Below, piece after piece: positions 1 through 9,753 of a DNA stretch of 64,000 bases. How positions within the stretch are numbered: the stretch's first letter is position 1; the number at the start of each line of letters is the position of its first letter. Below the pieces are notes generated by a model. It had not been told where the DNA came from. It did no database searches and worked only from the letters and a program-made list of their open reading frames with translations. The stretch is from Methanobacteriota archaeon. Its GTDB lineage: Archaea; Halobacteriota; Bog-38; Methanoflorentales; Methanoflorentaceae. Location of the stretch: assembly GCA_963719035.1 (NCBI GenBank), contig CAVRAO010000006.1:128001-192000 (forward strand), written 5' to 3'. A program made the translations under genes and the position numbers.

Positions 1-27
1 GTGCGATTTGACAGAAAGATGTTTTTT

Positions 28-372
28 TTATTTGCGGCTCCTAAGTTGGTAAATCGCCCCAGCGATAATCAATATCGCAATGAAAATCAACACTATTGGT
101 CCGATCAACTCTCCGTTAACGTTAATTGCGATGCCTAACACGTTCTGAAAGATTAATACTACTCCGGCGATTAGAAGAAGCAAACCGAAGAATATTCCGA
201 CGATAATACCGCCATGGGGGAGTCCAAAGCATTCCTCTTCCGGGCGTTCCTCCCCATAGCACCCATCTCGGCGAGCGCGCCTGCGACGCGTGTCATATAG
301 GGGCTGTTGACAATTGATGCAGATATCGGCTCCCTCGGCATTTTTAGTCCCGCAATTTTGGCAATATGGCAT
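28..372 (-). CDS. Zinc-ribbon domain membrane protein
   Basis: N-terminal CQNC...CINC zinc ribbon, Arg-rich linker, then two hydrophobic TM segments. Confidence 0.75.
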   Translation of the reverse strand: MPYCQNCGTKNAEGADICINCQQPLYDTRRRRARRDGCYGEERPEEECFGLPHGGIIVGIFFGLLLLIAGVVLIFQNVLGIAINVNGELIGPIVLIFIAILIIAGAIYQLRSRK

Positions 373-504
373 AAAACCACCATAATAGCGTAGTTGGCTA
401 TATTCATAACGCTTGTCATTTGCGGCAAATTAGATGTGTGATTTACTAATTGTATTTAATCCGAGTCGTGTGTAGTCTGCCAGCTTGGGAATCTCGACAC
501 ATAA

Positions 505-539
505 GTTTAAATCTGATTATATGAATAGATATTCATATA
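505..539 (+). promoter_or_regulatory. TATA-like box plus ArsR/SmtB-type operator (perfect 10-2-10 inverted repeat)
   Basis: TATATGAATA-GA-TATTCATATA at 518-539 resembles CadC/CzrA/SmtB operators. GTTTAAAT at 505-512 lies just upstream. Confidence 0.8.
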
Positions 540-898
540 TGAGTCATATCTGTGATGTCTTCTGCATAAACAAAGATGCCGTTAATCACGTGCGATCGCA
601 GATGCTTAATCATCAGCTTTTTGCTAATACTGCAGAAATCTTTAAGGTGCTCGGCGATCCGACGAGAATGCGACTTCTTTACGCCCTTGCACAACGCGAG
701 CTGTGCGTGTGCGATCTCTCTGCGGTGCTTGGCATGACGCAATCCGCGATTTCTCACCAGCTCCGGGTACTAAGAAGCGCACGGTTGGTCACATACCGTA
801 AAGCAGGCAAGGTCGTGTACTACACACTTGCTGACGCTCACGTTACGCAGTTCATCGATGTTGGAGTTGACCATGCCCGAGAATCACAGCCACGGTGA
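539..898 (+). CDS. ArsR/SmtB (CadC-like) metal-sensing repressor
   Basis: FKVLGDPTR, ELCVCDL, QSAISHQLRVLR helix-turn-helix; N-terminal CDVFC. Likely start is ATG 539 rather than the ORF-track start at 485. Confidence 0.92.
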   Translation: MSHICDVFCINKDAVNHVRSQMLNHQLFANTAEIFKVLGDPTRMRLLYALAQRELCVCDLSAVLGMTQSAISHQLRVLRSARLVTYRKAGKVVYYTLADAHVTQFIDVGVDHARESQPR

Positions 899-2810
899 AG
901 AGAGCTGCTCTACCTGCGCAACGGACATCTTTGAGGAAAAAAAGCCGTTGTGGAAGCAGAAAGAAGTTGTCATCATTAGTATAGCAGGTGCTCTCTTTCT
1001 CATCGGCGTATTTCTCGACGCTGGGCTCTCTCAACACGTCCTGGCCCAAATCGCATTCCTCGGTGCGACACTCATCGCAGGGTACTCCATCATCAAAAAG
1101 GGTCTATTGGGGGTTATCCGAAAGCATCGGCTTGATATGAATCTGCTGATGACGATCGCTGCCGCAGGGGCATTCTCGATCGGCCACGGCGAAGAGGGTG
1201 CAGCAGTGATGCTCTTATTCTTTATCGCAGAGTTCCTCGAAGACTACGCCGGCGATAGGGCACGACAAGAAGTCAGGTCACTGCTCAGGCTTGCGCCAGA
1301 GACGGCAGTCGTCGTGCGCGAAGGGCGTGAGATCATCGTTCACGCCCACGAGGTCGAGGTCGGAGAGGTGGTCATCGTAAAGCCCGGAGAAAAGGTACCA
1401 CTCGACGGCGTCATTATTAGCGGCATCTCATCACTAAATCAAGCCGCCCTCACAGGAGAGAGCGTTCCAGTGGTCAAGACGATCGACGACACGGCATTAG
1501 CTGGTACAATCAGCGAGGACGGATATCTCGAAGTACGCGTTACGAAGAGGTCTGATGAAACGATACTGTCGCGCATCGTGCAGCTGGTTGATGAGGCTCA
1601 GCGGAAGAAGACGCCGACCGAGGCGTTTATCGACCGGTTCTCGCACTATTACACCCCCATCGTCATAACACTCGCAGCGCTAGTAGTTATCCTTCCCGTC
1701 CTCCTATTTGGCCTACCATTTAGCGAGTGGTTTTACAGAGGCCTCGTACTTCTCGTCGTCTCTTGTCCGTGCGCTATGGCGATCTCTACGCCGGTTTCTA
1801 TGGTGTCAGGCCTCACCGCAGCGGCCAGGCGTGGCATCCTGATAAAAGGCGGTGACGTAATCGAGGAGCTGAAGGACGTTAAAGTAGTCATCTTTGACAA
1901 AACGGGGACGCTCACCGAAGGACGACTAGCCGTGACAGATGTGATCGGTCTCAATGGCGCGACAGAAGGCGAAGTAGTGAGGATAGCAGCGTCTTTGGGG
2001 ATAAAATCGACCCATCCTGCGTCGCAAGCGATCGCGAAGAAGGCAGACAACGACAAGGTCGTGTCAGCGCCGATCACCGATTTCAAATCGATTGCCGGAA
2101 AAGGCCTCACCGGGAGATTAAACGGCGCCGACTTCTACGTTGGCAGCCGAAGCTTCCTCAGTAGCGTCAACTCGCGCCTGCCTCATGACGTTATTGACCG
2201 ACTCGAGGCTGAGGGGAAGACGCTCATGCTGGTCGGCACCGATACCCACATCATAGGTGTCATCGGCCTCAAGGACCGGATTCGGGACTCATCGGCGGGG
2301 ATGCTGCGAGCCCTGAGCGCACGTGGCATCAAAACCGTCATGCTGACAGGTGATAATGAGCGCGCAGCGGCTGCGATTGCTAATGAACTTCAGCTGAGCG
2401 AGTGTTATGCTGGGCTGCTGCCTGAAGATAAGGTGCGACACGTTGAGGAGCTGGCAACGGTATACAAACACGTCGCAATGGTCGGAGACGGCGTCAACGA
2501 CGCTCCTGCGATGGCCCGGGCGAACGTCGGCATCGCAATGGGAGCTGCCGGCTCGGATGTTGCGATTGAAACTGCTGATATCGCGCTGATGCACGATGAT
2601 CTCTCGAAAGTGACGTATCTCATCGATCTTAGTAAGAAAACGATGTCTGTGGTCAGAGAGAACGTGATCGTATCGATCCTCGTCAAAGGGTCTTTTGCAG
2701 TGCTCGCCCTTCCGGGAATCATCACTCTCTGGCTTGCCGTCGGCGTCGGCGATATGGGCCTAAGCCTCGCTGTCATACTCAACGCCCTCCGCATAGGTAG
2801 AAAGCAGTAA
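873..2810 (+). CDS. cadA: P1B-type heavy-metal (Zn/Cd/Pb) translocating ATPase
   Basis: LTGES, CPC, DKTGTLT, HP, GDGVNDAP motifs; TM7 Lys and TM8 GDMG typical of P1B-2; short His/Cys N-terminus. Start ATG 873. Confidence 0.93.
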   Translation: MPENHSHGEESCSTCATDIFEEKKPLWKQKEVVIISIAGALFLIGVFLDAGLSQHVLAQIAFLGATLIAGYSIIKKGLLGVIRKHRLDMNLLMTIAAAGAFSIGHGEEGAAVMLLFFIAEFLEDYAGDRARQEVRSLLRLAPETAVVVREGREIIVHAHEVEVGEVVIVKPGEKVPLDGVIISGISSLNQAALTGESVPVVKTIDDTALAGTISEDGYLEVRVTKRSDETILSRIVQLVDEAQRKKTPTEAFIDRFSHYYTPIVITLAALVVILPVLLFGLPFSEWFYRGLVLLVVSCPCAMAISTPVSMVSGLTAAARRGILIKGGDVIEELKDVKVVIFDKTGTLTEGRLAVTDVIGLNGATEGEVVRIAASLGIKSTHPASQAIAKKADNDKVVSAPITDFKSIAGKGLTGRLNGADFYVGSRSFLSSVNSRLPHDVIDRLEAEGKTLMLVGTDTHIIGVIGLKDRIRDSSAGMLRALSARGIKTVMLTGDNERAAAAIANELQLSECYAGLLPEDKVRHVEELATVYKHVAMVGDGVNDAPAMARANVGIAMGAAGSDVAIETADIALMHDDLSKVTYLIDLSKKTMSVVRENVIVSILVKGSFAVLALPGIITLWLAVGVGDMGLSLAVILNALRIGRKQ

Positions 2811-2964
2811 ACATCTAAATCTCCTTACCGGGGTGTTGTCACTGACTTAGAACCTAGACATGGAGCCGCACTATAAAAAACTCCGACAGGAGCTAACACG
2901 TCAGAAGGTCACCGCAAGATTAAAATGACAGCACTTTAAAATTAATAGTGGATCATAGACAGAG

Positions 2965-3057
2965 GTTGCAGATCCGCGCTCTGTTTTTACCTTTGCAAGC
3001 AAAGCGCAGATCTGCAGCACAGTCCCCGAGCCGAACGCGGCTCGGGTTCTCTTTTTT
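2965..3057 (+). ncRNA. Candidate two-hairpin small RNA / structured terminator region
   Basis: About 22-bp imperfect stem (2965-2986/2997-3018), then perfect 9-bp GC hairpin CCCGAGCCG-AACG-CGGCTCGGG (3025-3046) and a T-tract. TTTAAAA at 2935-2941 upstream. Confidence 0.4.
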
Positions 3058-3260
3058 GGGTCTAAGAGCGTGTACGGTAATCGCGCGGTTTTACGTTTTA
3101 AACGTTTCGATTTATCCTGATTATCGAAGCCATAGGCATCTTAAAAAGTAAAGCTCTCGACTGACAACACCAGATGCTTTCACGAATCGAGGTTCCATAC
3201 TGTAAAAAAAGGAGAAAGTCTTATCGATAAGAATCCCTACTGAACTACAGGTGATATCTC

Positions 3261-3413
3261 GTGTGCTCTGGTGGCGGTCCGGTAGTCACGATGGAGACGA
3301 GTTGGTTCGAGAAATATAGCTGCAGCAGTTGCGGCATGAAATTCAAGGCAATGGGGAAAAAACCGGCTTGTCCGTCTTGTCGATCGGAAGACGTCACGAA
3401 GCTTTCTGACTAG
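3261..3413 (+). CDS. Zinc-finger microprotein (50 aa), not in ORF track
   Basis: GTG start 5 nt after AGGTGAT SD; MCSGGGPVVTMETSWFEKYSCSSCGMKFKAMGKKPACPSCRSEDVTKLSD with CSSC and CPSC pairs. Confidence 0.75.
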   Translation: MCSGGGPVVTMETSWFEKYSCSSCGMKFKAMGKKPACPSCRSEDVTKLSD

Positions 3414-3499
3414 ATATAAAGCACGGCTAAGAATTCGTGTCTCTGCCTATCTTGCCATCTTCTCCATCTGATGTTTTTGTAGCGTCGCGTGTATAGAGT

Positions 3500-4321
3500 T
3501 CATTGCCCCCAGAAGTCTAAAAGCGTGTACTTTAGACTGCCCACTCCGCAATCAGCCGCAAAGGCAAGATGTGCGACGTCCTTGACATTCTTGTGAGTAA
3601 GTGAACGATCCCGCCACTGCAGCAGGTCAAAGCCCGCACTGTCAAGCGCGACGGGATCAGTGCCGGCCAGCATGTATCCTAGAAAGGCTTTCTTACCCCC
3701 ATGCCGCACCTCTTCTGCTATGAGTAGCGTCTCAACGGCGTCGAGTATGTAAAGGTTGCAAGGCTCCACCGCTGCAATCGCGGCAAGCCCCTTATGTATA
3801 TTAGGGGTCCCGCGGTGCATCTCGCTTCGCGCGCTTAGGTCAAGCAGACCGAATTGATTCTTAACCGCTCCAGTCACCGTGCACGTGATGTGGCGCTTAA
3901 GAACCGGAAGGGAGAGTATCACATCAAACGAGCCCGGAACAACAGACAACGGGAGGGTCAACCCGTAAGGCGTCTCGCGCTTGACGTGCTCGCGCTGGTT
4001 AAGGTTAATCCACTCAACTCCATGGTCATCGCATACAGTGCGGAGCGGATGCTCGTGCGACACCGCTCCCGCTTTCCCACCCCATCTATAATCGTATGCC
4101 GGCCCGTCACCTACCACCACGCTATGGCTGGACAGGTGCGTAAGGACGGTATCGAGCACCTGTGGATCGGTCGTAGTCGGATACGGCTCGTCTGAGACGA
4201 TATTAGGCTTTACGAAAACTGTCTCAGCCTCCTCGAACATATCGGTATACTGTGTGAGCACACGGTCGACAAACCCACGCTTCGTCGCGGCTCTCTCAAA
4301 GGCGACTAAGACGTCCGACAT
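3500..4321 (-). CDS. DUF362 family protein
   Basis: VFVKPN, TTDP, LPVLKRH..TGAVKNQFG, DPVALD motifs. Confidence 0.85.
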   Translation of the reverse strand: MSDVLVAFERAATKRGFVDRVLTQYTDMFEEAETVFVKPNIVSDEPYPTTTDPQVLDTVLTHLSSHSVVVGDGPAYDYRWGGKAGAVSHEHPLRTVCDDHGVEWINLNQREHVKRETPYGLTLPLSVVPGSFDVILSLPVLKRHITCTVTGAVKNQFGLLDLSARSEMHRGTPNIHKGLAAIAAVEPCNLYILDAVETLLIAEEVRHGGKKAFLGYMLAGTDPVALDSAGFDLLQWRDRSLTHKNVKDVAHLAFAADCGVGSLKYTLLDFWGQ

Positions 4322-4616
4322 AATGTACAACCTATTAAGAGATGCGTCCTAAATACTTTGAGGTGCATTGCTCGTATCGAGTTTCAGACTCAAAGCTGGT
4401 GTCGCTGGCACAATCCCCTTTTCGGCTTAGAATTATATCTAAACCCTCGAGGAAACCTTTTTTCCGCTCTCGGTTTGGGGGGCTCAATGCGCCAAAAAGC
4501 AGTTCATGGAAATGCTATGTCAGCAAAAGAGAGCGGATCCGTCGTACACACGCTTTCTTGCGCACATTTGCGCGCTTATAGGTAATTTTTTTACGACGCA
4601 CGAGAACAGAGAAAAC

Positions 4617-5267
4617 ATGCCGCTAGATCTAAGGGAGTCTGATCGCAACACACGTTTCTGGCGCCTCGATACTTTCAGTGATGCTATCTTTGCCGTCGCT
4701 ATGACGCTCCTCGTTTTCAGCTTTCCTATTTCTGGTTTGCCCTCAAACCTCGGACAAGCTGAGGTTCAGGCACTTCTCGAAAGTTTATCGCCGCAGTTTG
4801 AAACGTTTGTCATTAGCTTCCTTGTGGTCGGCGCTTTTTGGGCCGGACATCACCGTATCTTTGACGCAATCGAACGCTATGATCACACGCTCGTGTGGCT
4901 TAACTTCTTCTTCTTGTTATTTATCGTCTTTATCCCGTTCCCCACTGCAGTGTTGGTCAGCGCCGGAAGCTTCTGGCTTCCCACCGCATTTTACGCCTCG
5001 ACCCTTGCTGGCGCCGGATTTGCTCTGACATTCGTGTGGCTGTACGCATCACACAACCATCGATTGATCAATATAAGCGTGCCTGTGCGCGAGATCCGAC
5101 TGCGCACGCTGACGTCAGTCGTGGTGCCGAGCGTCTTTCTGCTCTCGATACTCGTAGCGTTTTACAACCCGCATCTTGCCCAGTACTTCTGGCTTTTGAG
5201 CTTTGTAGCACAATGGTCGATAGCTAAACAATGGAGGAGGGACGAACGTCCTTTAGCCAAAATTTAG
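4617..5267 (+). CDS. TMEM175-family (DUF1211) potassium channel
   Basis: RxxxFSDAIFAVAMTLL signature, W..HH, multiple TM helices. Start ATG 4617. Confidence 0.88.
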   Translation: MPLDLRESDRNTRFWRLDTFSDAIFAVAMTLLVFSFPISGLPSNLGQAEVQALLESLSPQFETFVISFLVVGAFWAGHHRIFDAIERYDHTLVWLNFFFLLFIVFIPFPTAVLVSAGSFWLPTAFYASTLAGAGFALTFVWLYASHNHRLINISVPVREIRLRTLTSVVVPSVFLLSILVAFYNPHLAQYFWLLSFVAQWSIAKQWRRDERPLAKI

Positions 5268-5840
5268 AAGTTCAACTGCACAGTGCTAGCCTTATCGGAA
5301 GTGGTGGAGCTGATAGGCTCGCTTTTGGATAGAGCTAACTGCAAAAACGTTGGCGACGCCGTCGATTCAAGCTCATGACATTCAGCGCGACGCGAAGCGT
5401 CGCGCTAATAATGGTGTAGTGAACCCAACTCCGCGGCCATATAGAGTGTTTGAAGGGAACATCGGGTTTGTCGACGCATTAGCTACACCCCTGTGCCCTC
5501 TTGAATGCAGGCCTTTTATGAATCTTTCGAGTACATCGACTATTAGTAAATGCCGAGATGCGAAGGCGCTTAAGAGGGGTTTGACGAATATCTCTGATAA
5601 TAGAACAATTCATCACGAACTGCGATCTAGCTTTGCGGTCGAGTCAGAAGCGCTTACCTAAAGCAAACTAGTGGAAATTCGCTGAAATATCCAAGCATTG
5701 CGCGGCTGAGACGGCTTTCGTTGGCACAACACCTTTGTAGCAATGAAGAGGGACTTCAGTCGGAAATTAGATGAAGAACCATCGTAACATTTATCACAAG
5801 CACGTTTTCGGAGTCTCCAAGAGCAGATGGCATCACACAA

Positions 5841-6698
5841 ATGATTTCCATAATTTGCGTTTATAACAACGAGTGGATTTTGCGGAACTACTTACTAAAG
5901 AGTCTTTCACAGCAAAAAACTGATTTTGAGCTCATCACCATCGATAATACTGAGTATCGATTTGGGTCAGCAGCTGCAGCGCTTAATTGGGGGGGCAAGC
6001 AAGCAGCCGGGGACTGGTTGATGTTCGTGCATCAAGATGTCGATCTTTGTTCAGGTTCGTGGTTGGACAACTTAGAAGCGCTGCTGGGTTCCTTACCCAA
6101 TCTCGGCATTGCCGGAGTAGCGGGAATGCGTGAGAGGGGTGCTACTCTTAAAGAACGCTACAGAAATATCCCAAATCAAAGGCCGTTAGGGAGGGCCAGA
6201 AATGCGATTACTCACGGGCCGCAAAGACAGCAGTGGGGGGCCCCAATACTACAACCCGAACCAGTGCAAACCCTCGACGAGTGTCTCGTAATAATTCCAA
6301 AATCTGTATTCAAGGTCCTGCAATTTGATGAAGCTACCTGCAGCGACTGGCACCTCTACGCGGTAGACTACTGTTTGAGTGTTAAGACGCGCGGGTTTGG
6401 CGTCTATGTAATACCCAAGTACCTCCATCACCAGTCAATGGGCGTTGAAAAGAGCTCATTACAGGTCCTCACCTCCTTCAGCACGTACTCCGAAGAATAT
6501 TACCGCACTTTAAAAAGAATTATGAAGAAACACAAGAATCAGTTTAAGTGGATTCATACATCGTGCGGCTCATGGAACGTCGCTTATCCATTCACTTTAC
6601 AAAGAGTTAACATCGCGTTAGATTACGTCATAATAGCGCCTGTATTCAGGCACCTCTTGTCGCCTTTATTTAGAAAACTAACGTCGGTGGGAAGATAA
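5841..6698 (+). CDS. GT-A fold glycosyltransferase (family 2-like)
   Basis: MISIICVYN, FVHQDV, VQTLDEC, WHLYAVDYC motifs. Confidence 0.85.
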   Translation: MISIICVYNNEWILRNYLLKSLSQQKTDFELITIDNTEYRFGSAAAALNWGGKQAAGDWLMFVHQDVDLCSGSWLDNLEALLGSLPNLGIAGVAGMRERGATLKERYRNIPNQRPLGRARNAITHGPQRQQWGAPILQPEPVQTLDECLVIIPKSVFKVLQFDEATCSDWHLYAVDYCLSVKTRGFGVYVIPKYLHHQSMGVEKSSLQVLTSFSTYSEEYYRTLKRIMKKHKNQFKWIHTSCGSWNVAYPFTLQRVNIALDYVIIAPVFRHLLSPLFRKLTSVGR

Positions 6699-6801
6699 CA
6701 GCGAATGGCGCTTTCTTCTGCAAGTCTGAGCAATGATTCACATAGACGTGCGGCGTAAACTGTATCCACGATTGTCAATCAACTTTCTGATCGCTCGTGG
6801 T

Positions 6802-8247
6802 TCATTTTTGATCTCCTTCAAGGCGGAGGATTTGGGTAAGCAGCTTTGCATCTGTTTTTCCAACAACTCCTGTGGCTAACAACACCACGACGTATATACA
6901 AACTGCTGCACCTGTTAAAAGAACATGATTGAACATGTTGAATGCAAGAATCGTCACAACCATGAGCATGCCAGCGAAAGCGGTTTTGCCCACGGCTGGC
7001 AGGCTACGGCGGATGGTCCGTTGAGCTGTTGCTCCGCTTATATATAGGACCAACAAGAACGAAATGCATTCCGTAACTACCGTAACCACGCTGGCTGCTA
7101 TTAGTCCGAAGGGGGGGATAAGAACCAAGTTCAGCGCGATATTCTCAACCATGCAGATCAGTGCGACTTTGGTCAGCGCGACCTGTCTGTCAGCTGATAC
7201 TAAGAAGTTAGTGAAAGGACTTCCAAGAAAAATAAAAACCGATGCCCACACTAATATCTGAAGCGCTATGATTGAATTTGTATATCCAGCACCAAAGACT
7301 AACAAAATAATCTTGTCAGCCAAGAAAGTAATACCGATACCCATCGGCACACTTATAACCGCTATGTAGCGGAAATATGTATCGCGCAGCAACAAAAGCG
7401 AGTCTTTGGCCTCAACGAAAAACCGCGACATTACAGGAAGAACTGCTACGTTCATCACCGTCGGAATTACTAGTAATACGACCATTAGCCGGTAAGCGGC
7501 GCTATACCATCCAACGACCTCGACTCCTTTAATTACCGACAACAAGACTGAGTCAATCCAAAAAAAGATAGTTACAAAAATGCTGGTAACGGCAAACGGA
7601 ATAGCTGTGCTTATGGTTACTCTCCAGAATTCTGGGTCGATGTCCAGCTTTGGTGAGGTAAACTTCCAACGAAAAATAGCCCAGCTATACGTTAGTACCA
7701 TAGCGCCGGCAACTACGTAGATGGCGGCAAAGCTGACAACGTCGAAGCTTAGCTTTATCGCGATAAGAACGCCGCATAAGAAAATGGCGCTGTTTAGAAC
7801 TATCCCAATAGACTGATACTTCATCTTCTCGAATGCTTGGAATACCGAATTATACATCGCGGTAAGACTGGTGAAGACTATCGAAAATGCGAGAATGCTT
7901 ATGACGTATATCGTCTGTAGAGCATAGCCAAGAATTACCGCGGTTCCCACAATGAGGCCAAACGTTAAGACCGCGAGAAAAACCCGTATCACGGTGATGT
8001 TACCAACATACTTGCTTACAAGCGATTTGTTTCGCGCAACTTCGCGCGTCGTGAGTGTGCTTAACCCTAAATCGCTGACCACCCCAAAAATACCAGCAAA
8101 TGCCAATGCGAGGCTCAGCACGCCGAACAACTCAGCCCCCAGGTAACGGCCGGTGATGCTGAGGGAGATAAACCCTAACAGCATGGTCACAACATTTGCT
8201 ATGAACAAAACAGAAGCATTTCTAGCAATCCTTTCGACCGTATTCAT
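6802..8247 (-). CDS. Oligosaccharide flippase (Wzx/RfbX, MOP superfamily)
   Basis: RIARN start, RYLG..FG, DLGL..REVAR, VGWYSAAYRL, many TM helices. Start ATG 8247 after GAGGAG. Confidence 0.92.
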   Translation of the reverse strand: MNTVERIARNASVLFIANVVTMLLGFISLSITGRYLGAELFGVLSLALAFAGIFGVVSDLGLSTLTTREVARNKSLVSKYVGNITVIRVFLAVLTFGLIVGTAVILGYALQTIYVISILAFSIVFTSLTAMYNSVFQAFEKMKYQSIGIVLNSAIFLCGVLIAIKLSFDVVSFAAIYVVAGAMVLTYSWAIFRWKFTSPKLDIDPEFWRVTISTAIPFAVTSIFVTIFFWIDSVLLSVIKGVEVVGWYSAAYRLMVVLLVIPTVMNVAVLPVMSRFFVEAKDSLLLLRDTYFRYIAVISVPMGIGITFLADKIILLVFGAGYTNSIIALQILVWASVFIFLGSPFTNFLVSADRQVALTKVALICMVENIALNLVLIPPFGLIAASVVTVVTECISFLLVLYISGATAQRTIRRSLPAVGKTAFAGMLMVVTILAFNMFNHVLLTGAAVCIYVVVLLATGVVGKTDAKLLTQILRLEGDQK

Positions 8248-8595
8248 TTCGCTCCTCGTTTGATTTCGATTGATATAAAAGGTCTGATTGTCGCCTACTA
8301 GTGGTTTGTCGGGGGCAGCTAGCTGCTTCAAGCATTACTTGTGAGCGACAGGTAATACAATTCTTCTGTTTTGCTGGATGGCGGTGTCGGAGAGTTCCCA
8401 AGAAGTCCCAGTTAGGAGAGAGCCCCGCTTAATATGCTGCGTGCCTTTGGTAATGCGTTGCTTCAAAAGATAATCTCGCTAAGACCAATTAGATACTGCA
8501 CGGCTGGCTGCCCTCGACTGTCGATGGGAAGCTTAAGAATTAATAGCAAAACATGAGCATAGCATAACATCGAATTAAATCGTCATTGAACCTCC

Positions 8596-9561
8596 ATGTC
8601 AGCGCAAGATCGAGTGCCATTAGTTAGCGTATTTATGAAATCATACGAGCACGAGCAGTTTATCGCTGAAGCAATTGAAAGCGTCTTACAGCAAGATTTT
8701 ACGGATCTCGAGCTGATTATTGTAGATGATGCCTCTACAGACGCGTCAAAACAAATTATCGAACGCTATGCTGAGCAGGACCCCCGAATTCGGGTGATAT
8801 TTCACGAGATTAATCTAGGCATTACGAAAGTCGTAAACGACGGCATTGACGCGGCACGCGGAAAATTCATTGCCCAAATAGACTCTGATGATGTCTGGGT
8901 GAAAGACAAGCTGCGAAAGCAACTTGCCGTTCTTGAATGCAATGAGGATTTAATCGTCTGGTCAGAAGGAGCGCTCATTGATCAAAGTGGACGACTCGTA
9001 GGCAAGACCTTTAGTGAGATGTCCTCTAGCGTGCAAAGGAAGAAAGGCGGAGATATCTTTCAAGAACTTTTGATAGGGCCATACATTTTTGGCACGTCCT
9101 TGCTTTACAAAAGGCAGAACTTAGGCGACCTGCGATATGACGAATGCTTATCATATTTGAACGACTACAAATTCGAACTCGAATTGGCACGCAAATATCA
9201 GTTTTATTACGTAGCCGAACCGCTCGCAAAATATCGAATACATGGGCAAAACACGCTAGTAGGTTCAGGTCCACACGCCAAAGAAAGACGACGCAGAGGC
9301 GTTGCCGAAGAAATATCAGTTCGTCAAGAAGCGTTACGGCAGTATAATCATGAAGTACCGGATACCGTCATGGCCAAGATCTGCGCTAGCAGCGGGTTCT
9401 GTTACAGTAAGTTAGGCGCACATAGAACGGCACTACGCTCTTTTTTGCGTGCGATCCGACGTAATCCGTACAACTGGAAAAATCTTGTCTATTCAGCCAT
9501 AATTCTCGCGCTAGGACTCCAAACGCTGCTCGATGCTCGAATCCGCGAAGAGAAGAAATGA
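8596..9561 (+). CDS. Glycosyltransferase family 2
   Basis: VSVFM..Y, IIVDDASTD, ARGKFIAQIDSDD. Confidence 0.92.
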   Translation: MSAQDRVPLVSVFMKSYEHEQFIAEAIESVLQQDFTDLELIIVDDASTDASKQIIERYAEQDPRIRVIFHEINLGITKVVNDGIDAARGKFIAQIDSDDVWVKDKLRKQLAVLECNEDLIVWSEGALIDQSGRLVGKTFSEMSSSVQRKKGGDIFQELLIGPYIFGTSLLYKRQNLGDLRYDECLSYLNDYKFELELARKYQFYYVAEPLAKYRIHGQNTLVGSGPHAKERRRRGVAEEISVRQEALRQYNHEVPDTVMAKICASSGFCYSKLGAHRTALRSFLRAIRRNPYNWKNLVYSAIILALGLQTLLDARIREEKK

Positions 9562-9753
9562 GCCGCAAAGCTTGTCTCATCTAGCGGTTGCTTCGATGCC
9601 ACGACGCAAAAAAACGGTTTTCGACATCAAGCATCTGTGAAAAGTCTCAACTGACACTGGTCTTTATAGCATTCGTGACTGATAAGGAACAAAAGAACGT
9701 TACATGTTATCGAAGTCCACGTTAAACTCTCGCTGTTGTCATCCTATGAGAAT

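Noticed and set aside
5268-5840. ORFs 5350-5661 and 5658-5840
   Set aside because: No recognisable motifs or convincing translation signals; treated as intergenic.
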